NCBI GenBank assembly: GCA_963693365.1
Contig: CAVNZM010000012.1
Span: 558,001 to 622,000, forward strand
Direction: 5' to 3'
DNA: 64,000 nucleotides
DNA from: Amoebidium appalachense
Taxonomy: Eukaryota; Protista; Ichthyosporea
The notes under the pieces are model-generated. The model was given only the letters and a program-made list of their open reading frames with translations, was not told the DNA's origin and searched no databases. A program made the translations under genes and the position numbers. Position 1 is the stretch's first letter. The number at the start of each line of letters is the position of its first letter. This document shows, one piece after another, positions 22,179 to 35,585 of the stretch.

Positions 22179-22491
22179 GGGGAGCTTCTTTATGTGGTGG
22201 AACAAATTAATGTAGATCAATGGGAGAGAAAAAAGCAATTAGCCCACCGTGAACGCACGTACACATGCCTTAAAGTTTAGGTTGTTGTAATACCATAGGT
22301 ATTCATTCTAAACCGTAACCCGAGCAGGAAACATAGCCCAAAAATCTATACCCCGGGGTGCTGCCAGGTTTGTCATATGTACCATTGCAATACATCACGG
22401 TGTGTGTGGGGACCATGTGTGTCTGCGTGTGAGCGCACATGCGCCTGACACGTGCGTCTGCGATTACATATGGGAAGAGGGGGAAAAGAAA

Positions 22492-22525
<34 letters not shown>

Positions 22526-23059
22526 CTTACATATTAAGACTGAGGCCTTCTCCTTTTTTCCCCAGTTTTGTGTTGGTCGGTGTGTGTGTGTGTGTGTGTG
22601 CGTGGGCGCGCGCGCGTGTGTGTGTGCATGTGTGCCCGGGCGCATGTGTGTCTGTTTGTGTGCGCTTGTCCTGCGTCACATCTGGTGTGTGTGTTTTTTT
22701 GGTGTTTTTTTTTTTTTATTTTTAATATTTGTATGCTCCGGCGAATATGTACTTGACATGCAACGTCTTTTTTGTGTCTACGTGTCCACTCACGTACGTG
22801 TGTGCCTTGAAGAGCGGAAGTTGTGCATGTGTGTGTTTGTATGTGTGTCTGGCAATTTGCAATAACTTTTGGCGCCGGTGTTTTTTGCACCTATGTATTT
22901 GTGTTTGTGTTCGTGTTTTTCTGTGGGTCACGAACGCCGGGTACGTGTGCTTCGCCGGAGATCGAATTTCTAGATCTCCAACTTCGGTCCAGAAAGAAGT
23001 CCATGTCTGTGTAGAACCATTCTCCATTCCTATTACAGCATTCCAGTTTTTCTGTGTTG

Positions 23060-23117
<58 letters not shown>

Positions 23118-23505
23118 TGTGTTTGTGTGTGTGTGTGTGTGTGTGTATGTGTGTGTGTGTGTGTGGTGTTTGTGTATGTGTGTGTGTGTGTATGTGTGTG
23201 TGTGTGTGTGTGCCAGTCTGTTTGTGCCCTCTCGTCACACTTCAGATACAGTGTGCTTGATTGGGTACATAGTGAATCATTGTTGCTGCTACGTGCTTTT
23301 GACAAAATAAGGGCTAATCATTTTAATCATTGACACTGCGCTCACGGTAGCCGCAGCAGGGCAGCACACAGTGCATGCCAATGTTTGAATTTAATCAAAT
23401 TCCAAACTTAATATGAGTTAGATGCAGGCTTTCTCTGCCAGAGGCAAATGCCCATTCACACAGTGCATACACATGTAATCTATGTATTGCTACCGTGCAG
23501 GCCTA

Positions 23506-24804
23506 CTACTGCACCTTTCCACTGTGTGCATATGTCTGCAAGCACGCCTGGTAGTCTGCTTCCAGCACGTGAATGAGCGAACACACCTCCTGTGCTCTGC
23601 ATGTGCCCGTGCACGGTCCCTGCTTCACCCCAGCCCTCTCCACCTCTCTGTATGCCTCCCAGCTCTTGTCGTCGGTCATAAATCCAACAGCGAGGGAACG
23701 GAAAGCCGCATTGCTCAAAGAAGAAATACCATAGTGTTGGGTGGCGGTGTATTCAAGGATAGCGGGGGTGTTTGCGTTTGCAGCCAACTGCACAACATCC
23801 AACACATGCACACTGTAGTCGGTCGGGTTTGATTGGGCATCATAACTCACCACACGGTAGGACGGGTTGTTGTGGTAGATTGGAGACACGCTGCCAACAA
23901 GGAACATGGGCGTGGACAGGCCCCCCAAGCCGCCTGTAGTTCTGTATGTGCGGAAGGTGTCGCGGTGCAGGTGGCCAAAGAACTGTGCCGCCACCACGTT
24001 AGGGTGTGCGGCAAGAATGGAGTAGTATGTCTTTGCATACTTGTCCTCCCAGTTGGGTTGCTGGCTGGCATCCAGTGCGGGGGGGATATGACCGATAATG
24101 TACGCGCGGTGGCCCTTACTCTTTAAATCTGATAGCTGCGCTGTGAGCCAAGCAAACTGGCCAAAAGGGTCAGCATCGGTGCTGTGTGGCTTATGGTGCA
24201 CCGAGTAGGGAATAGTGTTGAGAGAGATGATGGCTAGAGTGCTGCTGACATAGTGGCGGTAGAAACCACCCTTTTTGAACCTTGCACCATCTGTTGGGTC
24301 CATTGCTGTGGGCCACACTGTTTGCGACACAGAAGCCAACCATTTTGTGTTGTCCAAGGGGAGGACATAGTCGTCTGTAAGGTCATCGTTGCCTAGAAGA
24401 TTCTCGATGCCGTGCACGTGTGCGGCAGTGGGAAAGTATTGCTCTATGGCGTCAGAGACGGACTTCATTGCCTGCAGTGTGTCTGTTTCGCCCTTTGGCA
24501 TGGTGTGTGCATAGTGGCGTACATAGTCCCCGAGAACAAGAACAAAGTCAGGGTTGGCAATTGTCTTCTGTGCTTCTTGCAGTGTGCGGTGTACAAGTTT
24601 CATTGGTGAGTCGCATGAAAACGTGCCGAATTGGGGGCTATTTTGGTTGCATGGGGCCAGACCGTTGCTTCCCCCATAGTACGGGTCTAGGTGGAAGTCG
24701 GATAGAACAAGAAACTTTCCGCTTGTAGACCGTTTGGTAGGATGGGCAAGGGAAGTGGTGGCGCAGGAGGCCACAAAAGCAGTTGTTATTTTTAAGAGAC
24801 ACAT
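23506..24804 (-). CDS. Secreted acid sphingomyelinase-like (SMPDL3/PPN1-type) metallophosphoesterase, intronless, 432 aa
   Basis: Signal peptide; calcineurin-like motifs SDFHLD, GDYVRH, GNDD, GHIPP, FFGHLH; SVSPIYHNNPSYR and a Cys-rich C-terminus typical of the ASM family. Confidence 0.9.
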   Translation of the reverse strand: MCLLKITTAFVASCATTSLAHPTKRSTSGKFLVLSDFHLDPYYGGSNGLAPCNQNSPQFGTFSCDSPMKLVHRTLQEAQKTIANPDFVLVLGDYVRHYAHTMPKGETDTLQAMKSVSDAIEQYFPTAAHVHGIENLLGNDDLTDDYVLPLDNTKWLASVSQTVWPTAMDPTDGARFKKGGFYRHYVSSTLAIISLNTIPYSVHHKPHSTDADPFGQFAWLTAQLSDLKSKGHRAYIIGHIPPALDASQQPNWEDKYAKTYYSILAAHPNVVAAQFFGHLHRDTFRTYRTTGGLGGLSTPMFLVGSVSPIYHNNPSYRVVSYDAQSNPTDYSVHVLDVVQLAANANTPAILEYTATQHYGISSLSNAAFRSLAVGFMTDDKSWEAYREVERAGVKQGPCTGTCRAQEVCSLIHVLEADYQACLQTYAHSGKVQ

Positions 24805-25699
24805 GATGATGTAATGAATAAGAGACCGAGCTGGTGGTCAGCTTTGTTGGTGGTTGGTGGTTGGGAGTTGGCAAAGCTAGAGAGACTGGAGAGGATGTGG
24901 CGGTCAAACGGTTTTTATGGTCATGGAGCCATCGAGCGCGCGCGTGCACTGAGCTTGATTTTTAGATTTTTTAGACTGCAATCTGTGGAAAACCTGCTAA
25001 GCCAATCAAAATGATTTTTCTGTTTACATTTTTTGACCCCTAGACGACGTTATCAGTCGGTGACGTCACACGCACTGTTTTATAAAACGGTCGATGAATA
25101 TATTTCTCCCGTAAAAATGAGAATGCAGATATATTGAAAATATCTCTGAGAATATTCGCAGTTCAAGGATTTACATCTGGGCGTGTCTTCATATTATTGC
25201 TCTGACAGTCGCTACGTGACAATCCATTGAATCAACGCACAGTAGTGCGTGTACCAACATCTTTGGTTGAAGCTAGGGAGATAGATGGGAAATCCAATAG
25301 CAGTCGCCCAGGTAAATTTTATCCAATAATCTTTTTGACCGTAATGCACATCTGATTGGTCAGTCAATTAGCTGTTATTTGGGCCCGGGGAGACAGCTCG
25401 AGCGGAGGGACTCGGGGAATCGGGAGACATTGGGCGCCCTCCTATAGCTAGACGGCTTAGCTCCGTGATGATATGATCATACACGCACGTCCAACCAAGC
25501 ACACACGCACGCACACGTGCACACAAACACACACACGCACGCACGCACGCACGCACGCAAGCACGCACGCACGCACATTACACACACACACATGTACACA
25601 CACATACACACTCTCTCTCCGAGTCCCTCTCTAGTTCTCTCTTTCCTCCCTTTCCTTCTTCTCCTCTCTCACTTCCAGATCTATCTCTCTCTCCGAGAG

Positions 25700-25885
<186 letters not shown>

Positions 25886-26176
25886 CCTCCTCCCCCCCCC
25901 CCCTCCCCCCCCCCCCCGCTCTCTCTGTGTGTGTGTGTGTGTCTGTCTGCCTGTCTCTCTGTCTCTCTCTTGCACACCTCATACCTCCATCGTATACACA
26001 CATGCAGACATAATTACTATCATAAATCCACACCGTGCCACTAGCACAACTATTACTACACAACACTGCAAAGGCGTCCACTTGCATACACAAGAAATCG
26101 TGGTGGCTGGGGGGCATGTATAGAGAGTTGCCCAGTCGGGGCCAGCGGCCCAGGGGGAACATGGGAAGAAGAGGAA

Positions 26177-26214
<38 letters not shown>

Positions 26215-27261
26215 ATCACCACCGCACTGCCAGGTAGGTGGGTGAGGGGGAGGGAAGGGGGGAGGGGGGGGGGGCGGAAGGGGCGGGAGTAGGGGGGAGG
26301 TTGTGGTGGGGTGGGGGGGGGGATCCACTGGGCCATTGCCCCGGCAGTTGGCGCAGTTGGCCCCCGGGGGATGGTGGGCCCCTGGGCCTGCCCTGAGTAC
26401 TTGGGGACGTCCATCGTAGGTGATTTTGATTTTTTTTAACAACCCCCCCCCCCCCCCCCCCTTTTTTTTTTGCCTCGGCCCAGTCAAATCAAGAATCATT
26501 AGGGTGTACTCTTGGAACACCGTGTTACTCTGATTGAATTAGGTTGTAGTGAGTGTTTGTTGAGGACAGGATGTCGGTTATATATAGACTGCATACGGAT
26601 CAATTTCGTGAACGTGCATTAAGATGGCACAATCAGCTTCAGAGGCTTACCCCCCCCCCCCCCCTCCCCCCCCCCCCCCGGCCGCCGCCCCCACCCCCCC
26701 ATTCCCCGGCCCTTTCTCCTTCCCTTTCCGTACCACCCCCACCCATCCCCCCTCCCCTCCCCAACACACACACACACATAATACGGCTGCACACACACTC
26801 TCCCTCTTTCTCCCACACACGCACAGCTGCACAAATACACGCACACTGGCTTTACACGCACGGATGAGGATGAGCTACTAGCCTGTCTGAAGGTTTCGCC
26901 TCCCCCCTCCCCCCCTCCCCCTCCCCTTCCCTAGCGCCTTCCTCTCCTTTCCTCTGCGCGCACACGGCAAACTGACAGATACTGACACCCACTGACTCTC
27001 TAAAGTACACCCATAGACACACACGGTTACGCACGTGCAAAAACCTTCCGTGCCCCCCCCCCCCCCCCCACCGTGCCCCCCCCCCCTTCCCCCCTTCCCC
27101 CCCCCCTCCACCGTGCCCGCCCCCCCCCCCCCCCCCCTCCCCCCCCCCCCCCCTCTCCCCCCCCCCCCCCCCCCCCCCTCACCGTAGTTCAAGGACTGTT
27201 GCCTCATCGCACCTTCCTTTTTAAAAAAAAAAAATTCCGTAATGGCAAGAGGGTGGGGAAG

Positions 27262-27307
<46 letters not shown>

Positions 27308-29381
27308 GGTTGATGTTTGTAACAGCACATACAAAGGTGGTTTATTTGACTTAAGATTTGTCCCAATATTAGTGAATAGGCCACTGATTACTTTATCATT
27401 CAGTACCTTTTTAATACAGTGTCCTGTTTCGAGCATATTGGCGCAGCCAACGAAAGGCGATTTACAATCTGCCTAAACCCTGTTTCTTAGATGTGTGTGT
27501 GTGTGCGTGTGTGCGTGTGTGTGTGTGTGTTTGTGTTGGGGGGGGGGAGGGGGGGGGGGGGGGGGGCATTGCCGCCATTGACTGAGGGCTGGAGAGGGCT
27601 CAGTAATGATATTTGGCCTCAAGGAGACTTCCTGTAGTGCATTAAAGTACTATTAATAGACCCGGGTGAGGCCCAGCTACCCAATCAGAAACCAGAAGTT
27701 CCTATCCCTGAATGCTACATATGTTTCTTCGTCTTGAGAGTCTGGGGAGACGATCTAGTGCAAAATAATCCGTTGCAAAAATTTCAGGTGACAGGCCCTG
27801 GGGGCACCGGGAGGGTGACAGAGAGGAGAAGCGGGGACTCGAAGGGGGAGCGGGAAGGAGGGGGGGGGGGAGGGGGGGAAGGGGTCCTGTGGGGCGAAGG
27901 GGGGGGGGGGAGGGGGGAGGGGGGGGGGTTTAAGTTGTGGTGACCGTCTGTCCCTTGATGATTTCCAGTAACAACGAGAGAAGGTGCATGCACGTGCATG
28001 TAACCCTTGTTGGACGTTTATTCATTAAAGCCCACCTCCGTTCCCCGCCCTCCCCCCCCGCCCTGTGGCTCCCCCCTCCCCCCACCTCCCTCCCTCTTCC
28101 CCCCTCCCCCCCCCCCCCCCCCCCCCCCCCTGCCTCCCCTGACTCCCTTCCCTTCCCCTCTCTTGCATCTCTAAGGCTCTGGTCATCTCTAACCCGCCAT
28201 AGAAGGGAAAGGGTACCTGAGGATCTCATTCTATCATTATCATGTGCTCTGGGATGCAGAGCCGCTATGGGAAACGTTGAAAAATGCATGGGACCAGTTT
28301 TGCGCATATGATATTTGTTAATAAAGAATTATGTGATCATTGGTTTTCCATGGTTGTGGCCATTTTGCACATATGATTGTTGGCCGAACTATCAAATGGC
28401 ATTAGTGACGTATGATATGGCATGGCTGCCACAGGCCCATACACCCCTCCATCTCCTACCTGCACATCAACAAATACATTTCTACGACCTAAGACATAAA
28501 CGAAAAGAGGGCTAACGGGCACCTGAGGCAGGGGTTCATCGGAGGTCTTTTGAGTTTGCTAGGGAATTCGAAGGGTGAGGGCGGGAGGTAGTAGAAGGTG
28601 GGGTAGAAGAAAAGGGGGGGGGGGGGAGGGGGGCATAGCCAGATGGGAGGAGGGAGATGAGAGGGGGGGGGGGAGGAGGATTACCCACCAGGAAGCCTTA
28701 TAGCCCGGCGGGAGAGGCCGAAGGAGAAGGGGGGGGGGGGGGGGGGGGGGCTTGCAGGGGGAGGAGGGAGAGGGGGGGGGGAGGGGGAAGGGGGGGGGGG
28801 GGGCCAGGGAGGGAGAGGAAGGGGTGGAGGGGGGGAGGGGGGGGGGGGGAGACCTTGCTGACCGGGAGGTGCCCTATCCCCCCCCCCCCCCCCCCCCCCC
28901 CACCCCACCCCCCCGCCCCCGGACCACCACCACCACGGCATAACAAATGGCATCGTGCACTTGAAGGCTGCGTACACATGTTTTATTCGTCCGGTAGTGT
29001 ACATGTATCCTTTAATCTATATACATTCGAGTTCAGATGAAAAATTGATACCGGGCCATGTGCAATATGCCTACAGTACACAGAGTTCTATACCAGGGTG
29101 CTTAACATACAAATTAAGGTCTACGACCCCCCAAAAAAACATATCATACACCTGTTATGCTGTCTTCCTGTACAAAAAACGTGGTTTGAGAGTGGCCTAA
29201 TAACTACATACTGAATTCTGTACTATATACCACATTATGTACATAGTCCCACAACTTTGGCGCGATGCGCGCCTAGTGTTTTGTGTAACTGTGTCAAAAG
29301 AGGAAGGGGCGAAAAAAGAAAAAAGAAAGAAAGGAAAAAAAGAGACCACCCATTCATCAAGAAAACCCCTCAAAATCGTGC

Positions 29382-30592
29382 TCAGCTGACGGGAGGCATA
29401 TCCCTAACCCGACCCACAATCACGCTAACACCCCACCCATTAGGTGACGTCACAATATCCGCCGTCACCGACACCATCTTCTTAAGGGCACACCCGACAC
29501 CGCTCTTATACGCAACAGCCGTACACCCGCTCGTAAAGACACACCTCCGCCTGCAGTCATCCAAGGACCATGCCTTGCTTCCGCTGATAGTGCTCGCGTA
29601 CATATTTGCACGTGCCTGTGTGTTCACCCAATCAAAATGTCTCCACGGTGTGCTGATTGGGCGAGAATCGACGGTTTTCGGTCCATAGCAGTGATGTTCG
29701 CTCCCACCGCACCATCCCAAAGAGCTGCAGCAGAACTTTCCAGAAACACGTGCATTGCACACACTACCACGTGGTGAGCCATACGCACCGCACCGAGCCG
29801 TGGTGGTTACTGGGGGGGTGGTGGTTGGTGGGGGTGCCGGGAGACTGTAAACAACACCCGCATCAACAACGACATAGAGTGTGTTTCCTGTGTGCTGGTA
29901 CGTGTCCTGGGCGTATGTCGTCACGGCCTTTAAATAGCAGTTGGTGCCTATATATACCACCGCCGTGCACATTGAAATTTCGTCGCATCGTGCCTGGCAC
30001 AGTGCAAGCTGGGCCACACCAGTGAGTGTCTGCAGGCTCGTAGCACTATTTCTGTGCTTGTATGCCGCATACCTCCGGCTGGCGCGGATTTCAGCTGCCT
30101 CCCAACACGGAAAAGGAAAAATGCACGCCTTAGAAGAGGATCCGCTGCACGTGCCCCCCGTACACGTGCGTGCCTGTGTGCCCCCTGAGCCGCACGTGGC
30201 TGAGCACGTGCTCCATGATGACCACGTGCCGACCGCTGCTGGTGTAGCCATGGTGCTCCTGATCCATGTCGTGTATGTCGATAGGCGTGTGTATACACCA
30301 TATTGGCCAGGTGCGGCACACACATAGCCATAGGAAACGATACCAAGTTGGGTGGGGGATGCATCTGTTCCCACCCACATGGGCCCACCGCTATCACCAC
30401 CACAGCTGTCTCTTCCCCCTGTTGGTAGGCCGGCACACAGGTGCATGTTGGTGCGATAGTCGGGGTCGTTGGTGGCACATGTGGTGGCGGACTGGATGGG
30501 CATGGTAACCTGTGGGGGCGGGAGGTGGGGTGAGAATGGTGGGGATGGGGGTTGGGGTGGGTGAATGGCCTGGCTTTCTTTCTTTTTTTTTT

Positions 30593-30623
<31 letters not shown>

Positions 30624-31619
30624 GGGGGGGAGGAGAAATTGTGGTGGTAGGGAAGGAGGGAGGGGTGTGGGCAAGAGGCTGCAGCTACTTCAAAGGACTG
30701 AAACAAGAATGCGAGGTATTACTGCTACGAAATCCGGGAAGAAAAAAATAAGGACATATAACGGTGGCGGTGTGCATAGGGTAGGATAATGCCCATTGAA
30801 AACGGGCCCGGGGGGGGGGGGGGGGGGGTGGGCCCATGGTGTTTCATTCCACACATAAAAACAATATCTAGACATAAAAGGCTATGATCAAACTAACCTG
30901 ATTGGGCGTAGCCGTCATAACACCCCCATCCGTTGTTGCACCCCATCCAGTCACATAGACATTCCTTCCTGCCGCATCCAAGGAAGTATCGGCCGGGATC
31001 GAAACTGGACGAATTGCCGCAACCTCATTTAGACGAATGAGGGCAATGTCGCTTTGGTGGGTGGTAAGGACGTGCTGGGGGTGGGTGAATGTCTGCGAGA
31101 TGCTGTACGCGGTGAATGTTGAACCTGTGTCGATGTTGCTGCCCCCAAGCCACACCTGGTTTGGAAGCATTTGGTTATTAACTATAGCGCCTTGTGTTTA
31201 CCTTTTGTGGTGGATTTTTCCTTTTGTGGTGGATTTCGGCTCAGCTGTGCATGTATGTGCATATCTCAGTGAGAGCCAGAGGATGCCCATGTATTCATAT
31301 GTGTGCGGCCGCACTGCGGCGACGATATGTTGTATTTTTATGTGTGCACGGGTGTGTGTGGACGATGGTACGAGTAATGCTAGTGTCAATGTGTGCGTGA
31401 ATGCATGCCACGTTGTGTGCACGTGTGTGTGTGCGTGCGGGTGTGTCCGCACGGTGCCTGTGTGTGCGTGTGCTTGTGTGGAGGGGTGTGTGCGTGTTTG
31501 TGTGTCTATCTATGCCTGTGTGATCCTGTTTGTGTGTGTGTACATGGGTATGCGCACGCGTGTGTGCACGCGCATACGTGGGCGTGTGAATGTGCATGAC
31601 TGTGAGCATTGCATAAGTT

Positions 31620-31686
<67 letters not shown>

Positions 31687-32222
31687 GCGTGTGCGTGTGC
31701 GTGCGTGTGCGTGCGTGTGCATGTGCGTGTGTGGTGCCTAGATTTGTATGAATTTTGCTACGAGCGTTATGCTGTATCACGAAAAATTCTGCGAGCAATC
31801 TATTGCTATCGATGTGGTTGAGTGCCCGGCAAGTGTTCGTTGTTGTGAATGCTGCATGAACCCACCTGGTGCTGCGTAAGTGGGGGCGCCAGTTTCCTCA
31901 ACATGACATTCTTGAGGCAGTGTGCGGCAGTCAGAACCCACTGCGACCCAACCAGTGTACATGCGCAGTAAACCCGCATGTAGCCAGTCCCCACCTCGGG
32001 GTACACAAGCACCCCCAACCATGGCTTGGCACCTGTCGCCACACCACCAACTATCCTCGCGTTTTGATTGAACTCTGATGCTGAAGTTGCTAGTGAGGCG
32101 TTAATGTAGCGCACGTTAAGTCCATCTTCAAGCTTTCGCTGTCTTTGTGGCTTGGCCTCTACTACTGAAGGAAATGTGAGTGACGCTGCCGCTGAAAGGC
32201 AGAGGAGGATGTTGATGTGCAT
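29382..32222 (-). CDS. Secreted S1 trypsin-like protease with TSP1, PAN/apple, hevein (CBM18) and second PAN/apple domains; exons 32222-31866, 31155-30898, 30509-29382 (~580 aa)
   Basis: Signal peptide, activation site R|[27 protein letters not shown]; TSP1 [20 protein letters not shown]; [23 protein letters not shown]; hevein CG...C....[15 protein letters not shown]; [23 protein letters not shown]. Two phase-0 GT-AG introns. Confidence 0.92.
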
Positions 32223-33072
32223 GATGGCTGCGTGAACGGATAACTCTGTGCTACAGTTCGTTTCTTCGCTTCCAGAAATATAAACACGCTATATTACTGT
32301 CTTTGCATTCTGCTTGCTTCTATGATAAGTGGGCTTGCTTGCTGTCGTGTAACACTGGTGCACGAACTTCTATGTTGCATCAGCGGGCAGAACCAGCCGC
32401 TTTATTTACCTTGGAAGGAATGCGGACAGTTAGATCAGAGAAACGTCGGATTGGCCCATAGAAAGAGAAATAGAATTTAGGTAAATACAGAGAATGGTTC
32501 TCCACCAATCATATTTGTATTTGGGATGAAATCTGCGGTCAGCCAATCACATCGTGATTTGGAACACCAATTAATTTTCTCTGTAATCCTTTTTTAATTG
32601 GCTGAAACGAGCGGTTCATGAAAGTAGACAAAAGCGTTCAATCGTGCAGGAAATAATTAACTACTAATTTGTTTTGGTTGAGGGAAATGTATCAAAAAAG
32701 GAGTTGAAGGAAGTAGGCAGCGTAAGTTTGTTATGGAAACCTGAACATTCTGTACAAAAAAAATATTGCAAATGTATGTCACTACAATAGTGACTGTGGT
32801 TATCAATAGAGCATTCCTTTCACTATCTGTCCCGTCGACGTGACGTCATCAAGACATCGCTAGCTTAAGCTTCCAGAAAATAGATACTTGTAGATCCGGT
32901 CTCAGTTGACAGGCTTCGAATTCCGCACACCGTTGATCCAGGTTCCACACGAGGAAGGCACTATTGACTATTTGCATATGAGGATGTAGGGGAGATGCAC
33001 ACGCCATTCGGAAAATGCGTGTGTGCGTCTCTCTGCGTGTTTTTTTTTTTTGTGTGTGTGTGTGTGTGTGAC

Positions 33073-33132
<60 letters not shown>

Positions 33133-33613
33133 GGAGGGTGGGTGGTTGGTTGGTGGTGTGGGGGGGGGAAGAACAGAGGGTCACGTTGGATGGTTGGAGA
33201 GGGGGAGGGGAGGAGGGGAGGGAAGCTTCGGGGGGAGGGTGGGAGAGCTCGAGAGGGGGAGGGGGGGAGGGGAGGGGTAAGGGGGGGGGGGAGGGGGGGG
33301 GGGGGGGGAGGGGGGATGATATTTGGAATAATACAACCAGGTCAAGGAATTGTGGTAAATTTTTTCCCTATCTAGCTAGATAGATATATTATTAAATCTA
33401 TTCCCTCCAATATTCCCTCCACACCTACACACAAACCCATACATCTACACTGACACAGATGTACATGCAAAGACACAGTGACTGTCTCTCCTGCAGCCTT
33501 GCCACATGGCCAACCGGCCGCCGCAATCACACAAAGTATCTGAACACACTCACATGCAGTTCCATTCTGAATTTATTCGAGGGAACCAGCCCTTCCATTG
33601 AAAATACCTAGTC

Positions 33614-33815
33614 TTAAAGAACCAACGTCGAATGTGTGCTCTTGTTTGCTTCCTGCCCCATCCTCCTCTCCATCCATTTTGTGTATGCGCCTGCCAGCCT
33701 CACTTGCTCTGCGTGTGTGTACGAGTGGATGTCTGCCTGTGCGTCTTTAACCACACAGATGTCATGTTGTAACCACAGCTGCAACAATCCATGTTGCTGT
33801 GCGCTGTGCGTGTGC

Positions 33816-33846
<31 letters not shown>

Positions 33847-33894
33847 GGGGGGGGAGGGGGGAGGGAGGGGGGAGGGGCACGGACACAGAGCGAC

Positions 33895-33970
<76 letters not shown>

Positions 33971-34577
33971 TCTGTATGTGCGCGTGTGTATTGCACTGTA
34001 TGGCTGTGTTTGTGTGTCATTGTGTGTGGTGTGTGTGTGTGTATAAGGGAGGGGGGGGGAGGGGGAGGGGGGTGAGGGTGAGAGCCCGTTTGTATGTGTG
34101 TGTGTTTGTGCGTACGTGGTTATATCTCTGCAGTGTTTTTTTTTTTGCCCGGTGCAGATGGTGGCACTGGTGGTGGTTCGTGCATGTATGTGTGTGCCTC
34201 TGTGTGTGTGTGGGGGGGGGAGGGGAGGGGGGGGGGAGGGGGGGGGGGGGGGAAGGGGGAAGGAAGAGGGGGAAGGGAGGGGGGAGGGGGAGATCAGTTA
34301 GAAAGATTATGTATAAAGATATCGAGAACTGTCGTTTTCGTTTGCATGATAATGGACATTCTGGAGGTGAAGGTGGAGCATACATCAACGTTACTTTGCT
34401 TTCAGCCTTTTCTGCTTGGGTGTGCGTGTTTTGGGGAGGAGTGGGGAGGGGGGGGGGGGGGGGGGGGGGGGGGTTCCTACAGGACAAAGATTGCTCTCTC
34501 AACGGTTCAAATCAAAGTGCGAACTGGATATCCACGACGGACAATATAATGAAGTTTAGTTTAGTTTAGTTTTTTTT

Positions 34578-34614
<37 letters not shown>

Positions 34615-35124
34615 AAAGGAAAGACAGGACAAGTCGGTAGAATATTATGTGTGTGTCTGTGTGGGTGTGTTGGGTGTGTAGTGATGGTGGTAGTGGGAGG
34701 GGGAAAGGGCGGTATGCTTAGCGACATTAAGACTACAAAGCGGAGAAAGGTGGGGGTGTGGTGGTGGTGGTGGTGGGGTGTGTGTGTGTGGGGAGGGGGA
34801 GGGGGAGGGGTATGTGTTAGAGGGTTGGAAATATGGAGGAGACACCAGAGGACAACAAAAAAACGTCACAAAAATGAGAAACCCGAAATTGGGGGGGGGG
34901 GAGGGGAGGAGGATATTGAAAAACGGAGAGGACCTTAGGGTGACATGGTGTGGGAGTGGGTACGGAAAGGTGGGAGGAAAGGGAGGGACGGGGGGAGAAG
35001 AGAGAGAGAGAGAGAGGGAGATTGAGAGAAAAGAGAGATAGACAGAGAGGGGGAGAGAGCGAGAGGGAGAGCCGAGGGCGGAGGGAGGGGGTGAGACACA
35101 GAGAGAGGGAGAGCCGGGGGAGGG

Positions 35125-35160
<36 letters not shown>

Positions 35161-35309
35161 AGGGGAAGAGACATAGAGAGAGGAGAGGGGATGGCCAGGG
35201 AGATAGAGAGAGAGAAGGGGAGGGGGAGGAGGGGGGGTTTGGGGGGGGGGAGGAGGGAAGGGTTGGGTTGGGTGGCAGGGATTCGGTTGGAGCAGCGCAA
35301 GTAAGAGCC

Positions 35310-35364
<55 letters not shown>

Positions 35365-35549
35365 GGGGGGGGCTGGAACGCGTCACGGGGGGGAGGGGGG
35401 GGAGGGGGGAAAGTAAGTGACAAGTAGGGGAAGTATGACCCAACTCAGGATGCCCAACAAGAGCAAGGGGGAAAAAAAAAGGAGTTCGATAAGTATGTGT
35501 GCATGTACCAAGGAAGGTGGTGTTGGGGCGCAAGAGGGTAGCAAAAGGG

Positions 35550-35585
<36 letters not shown>

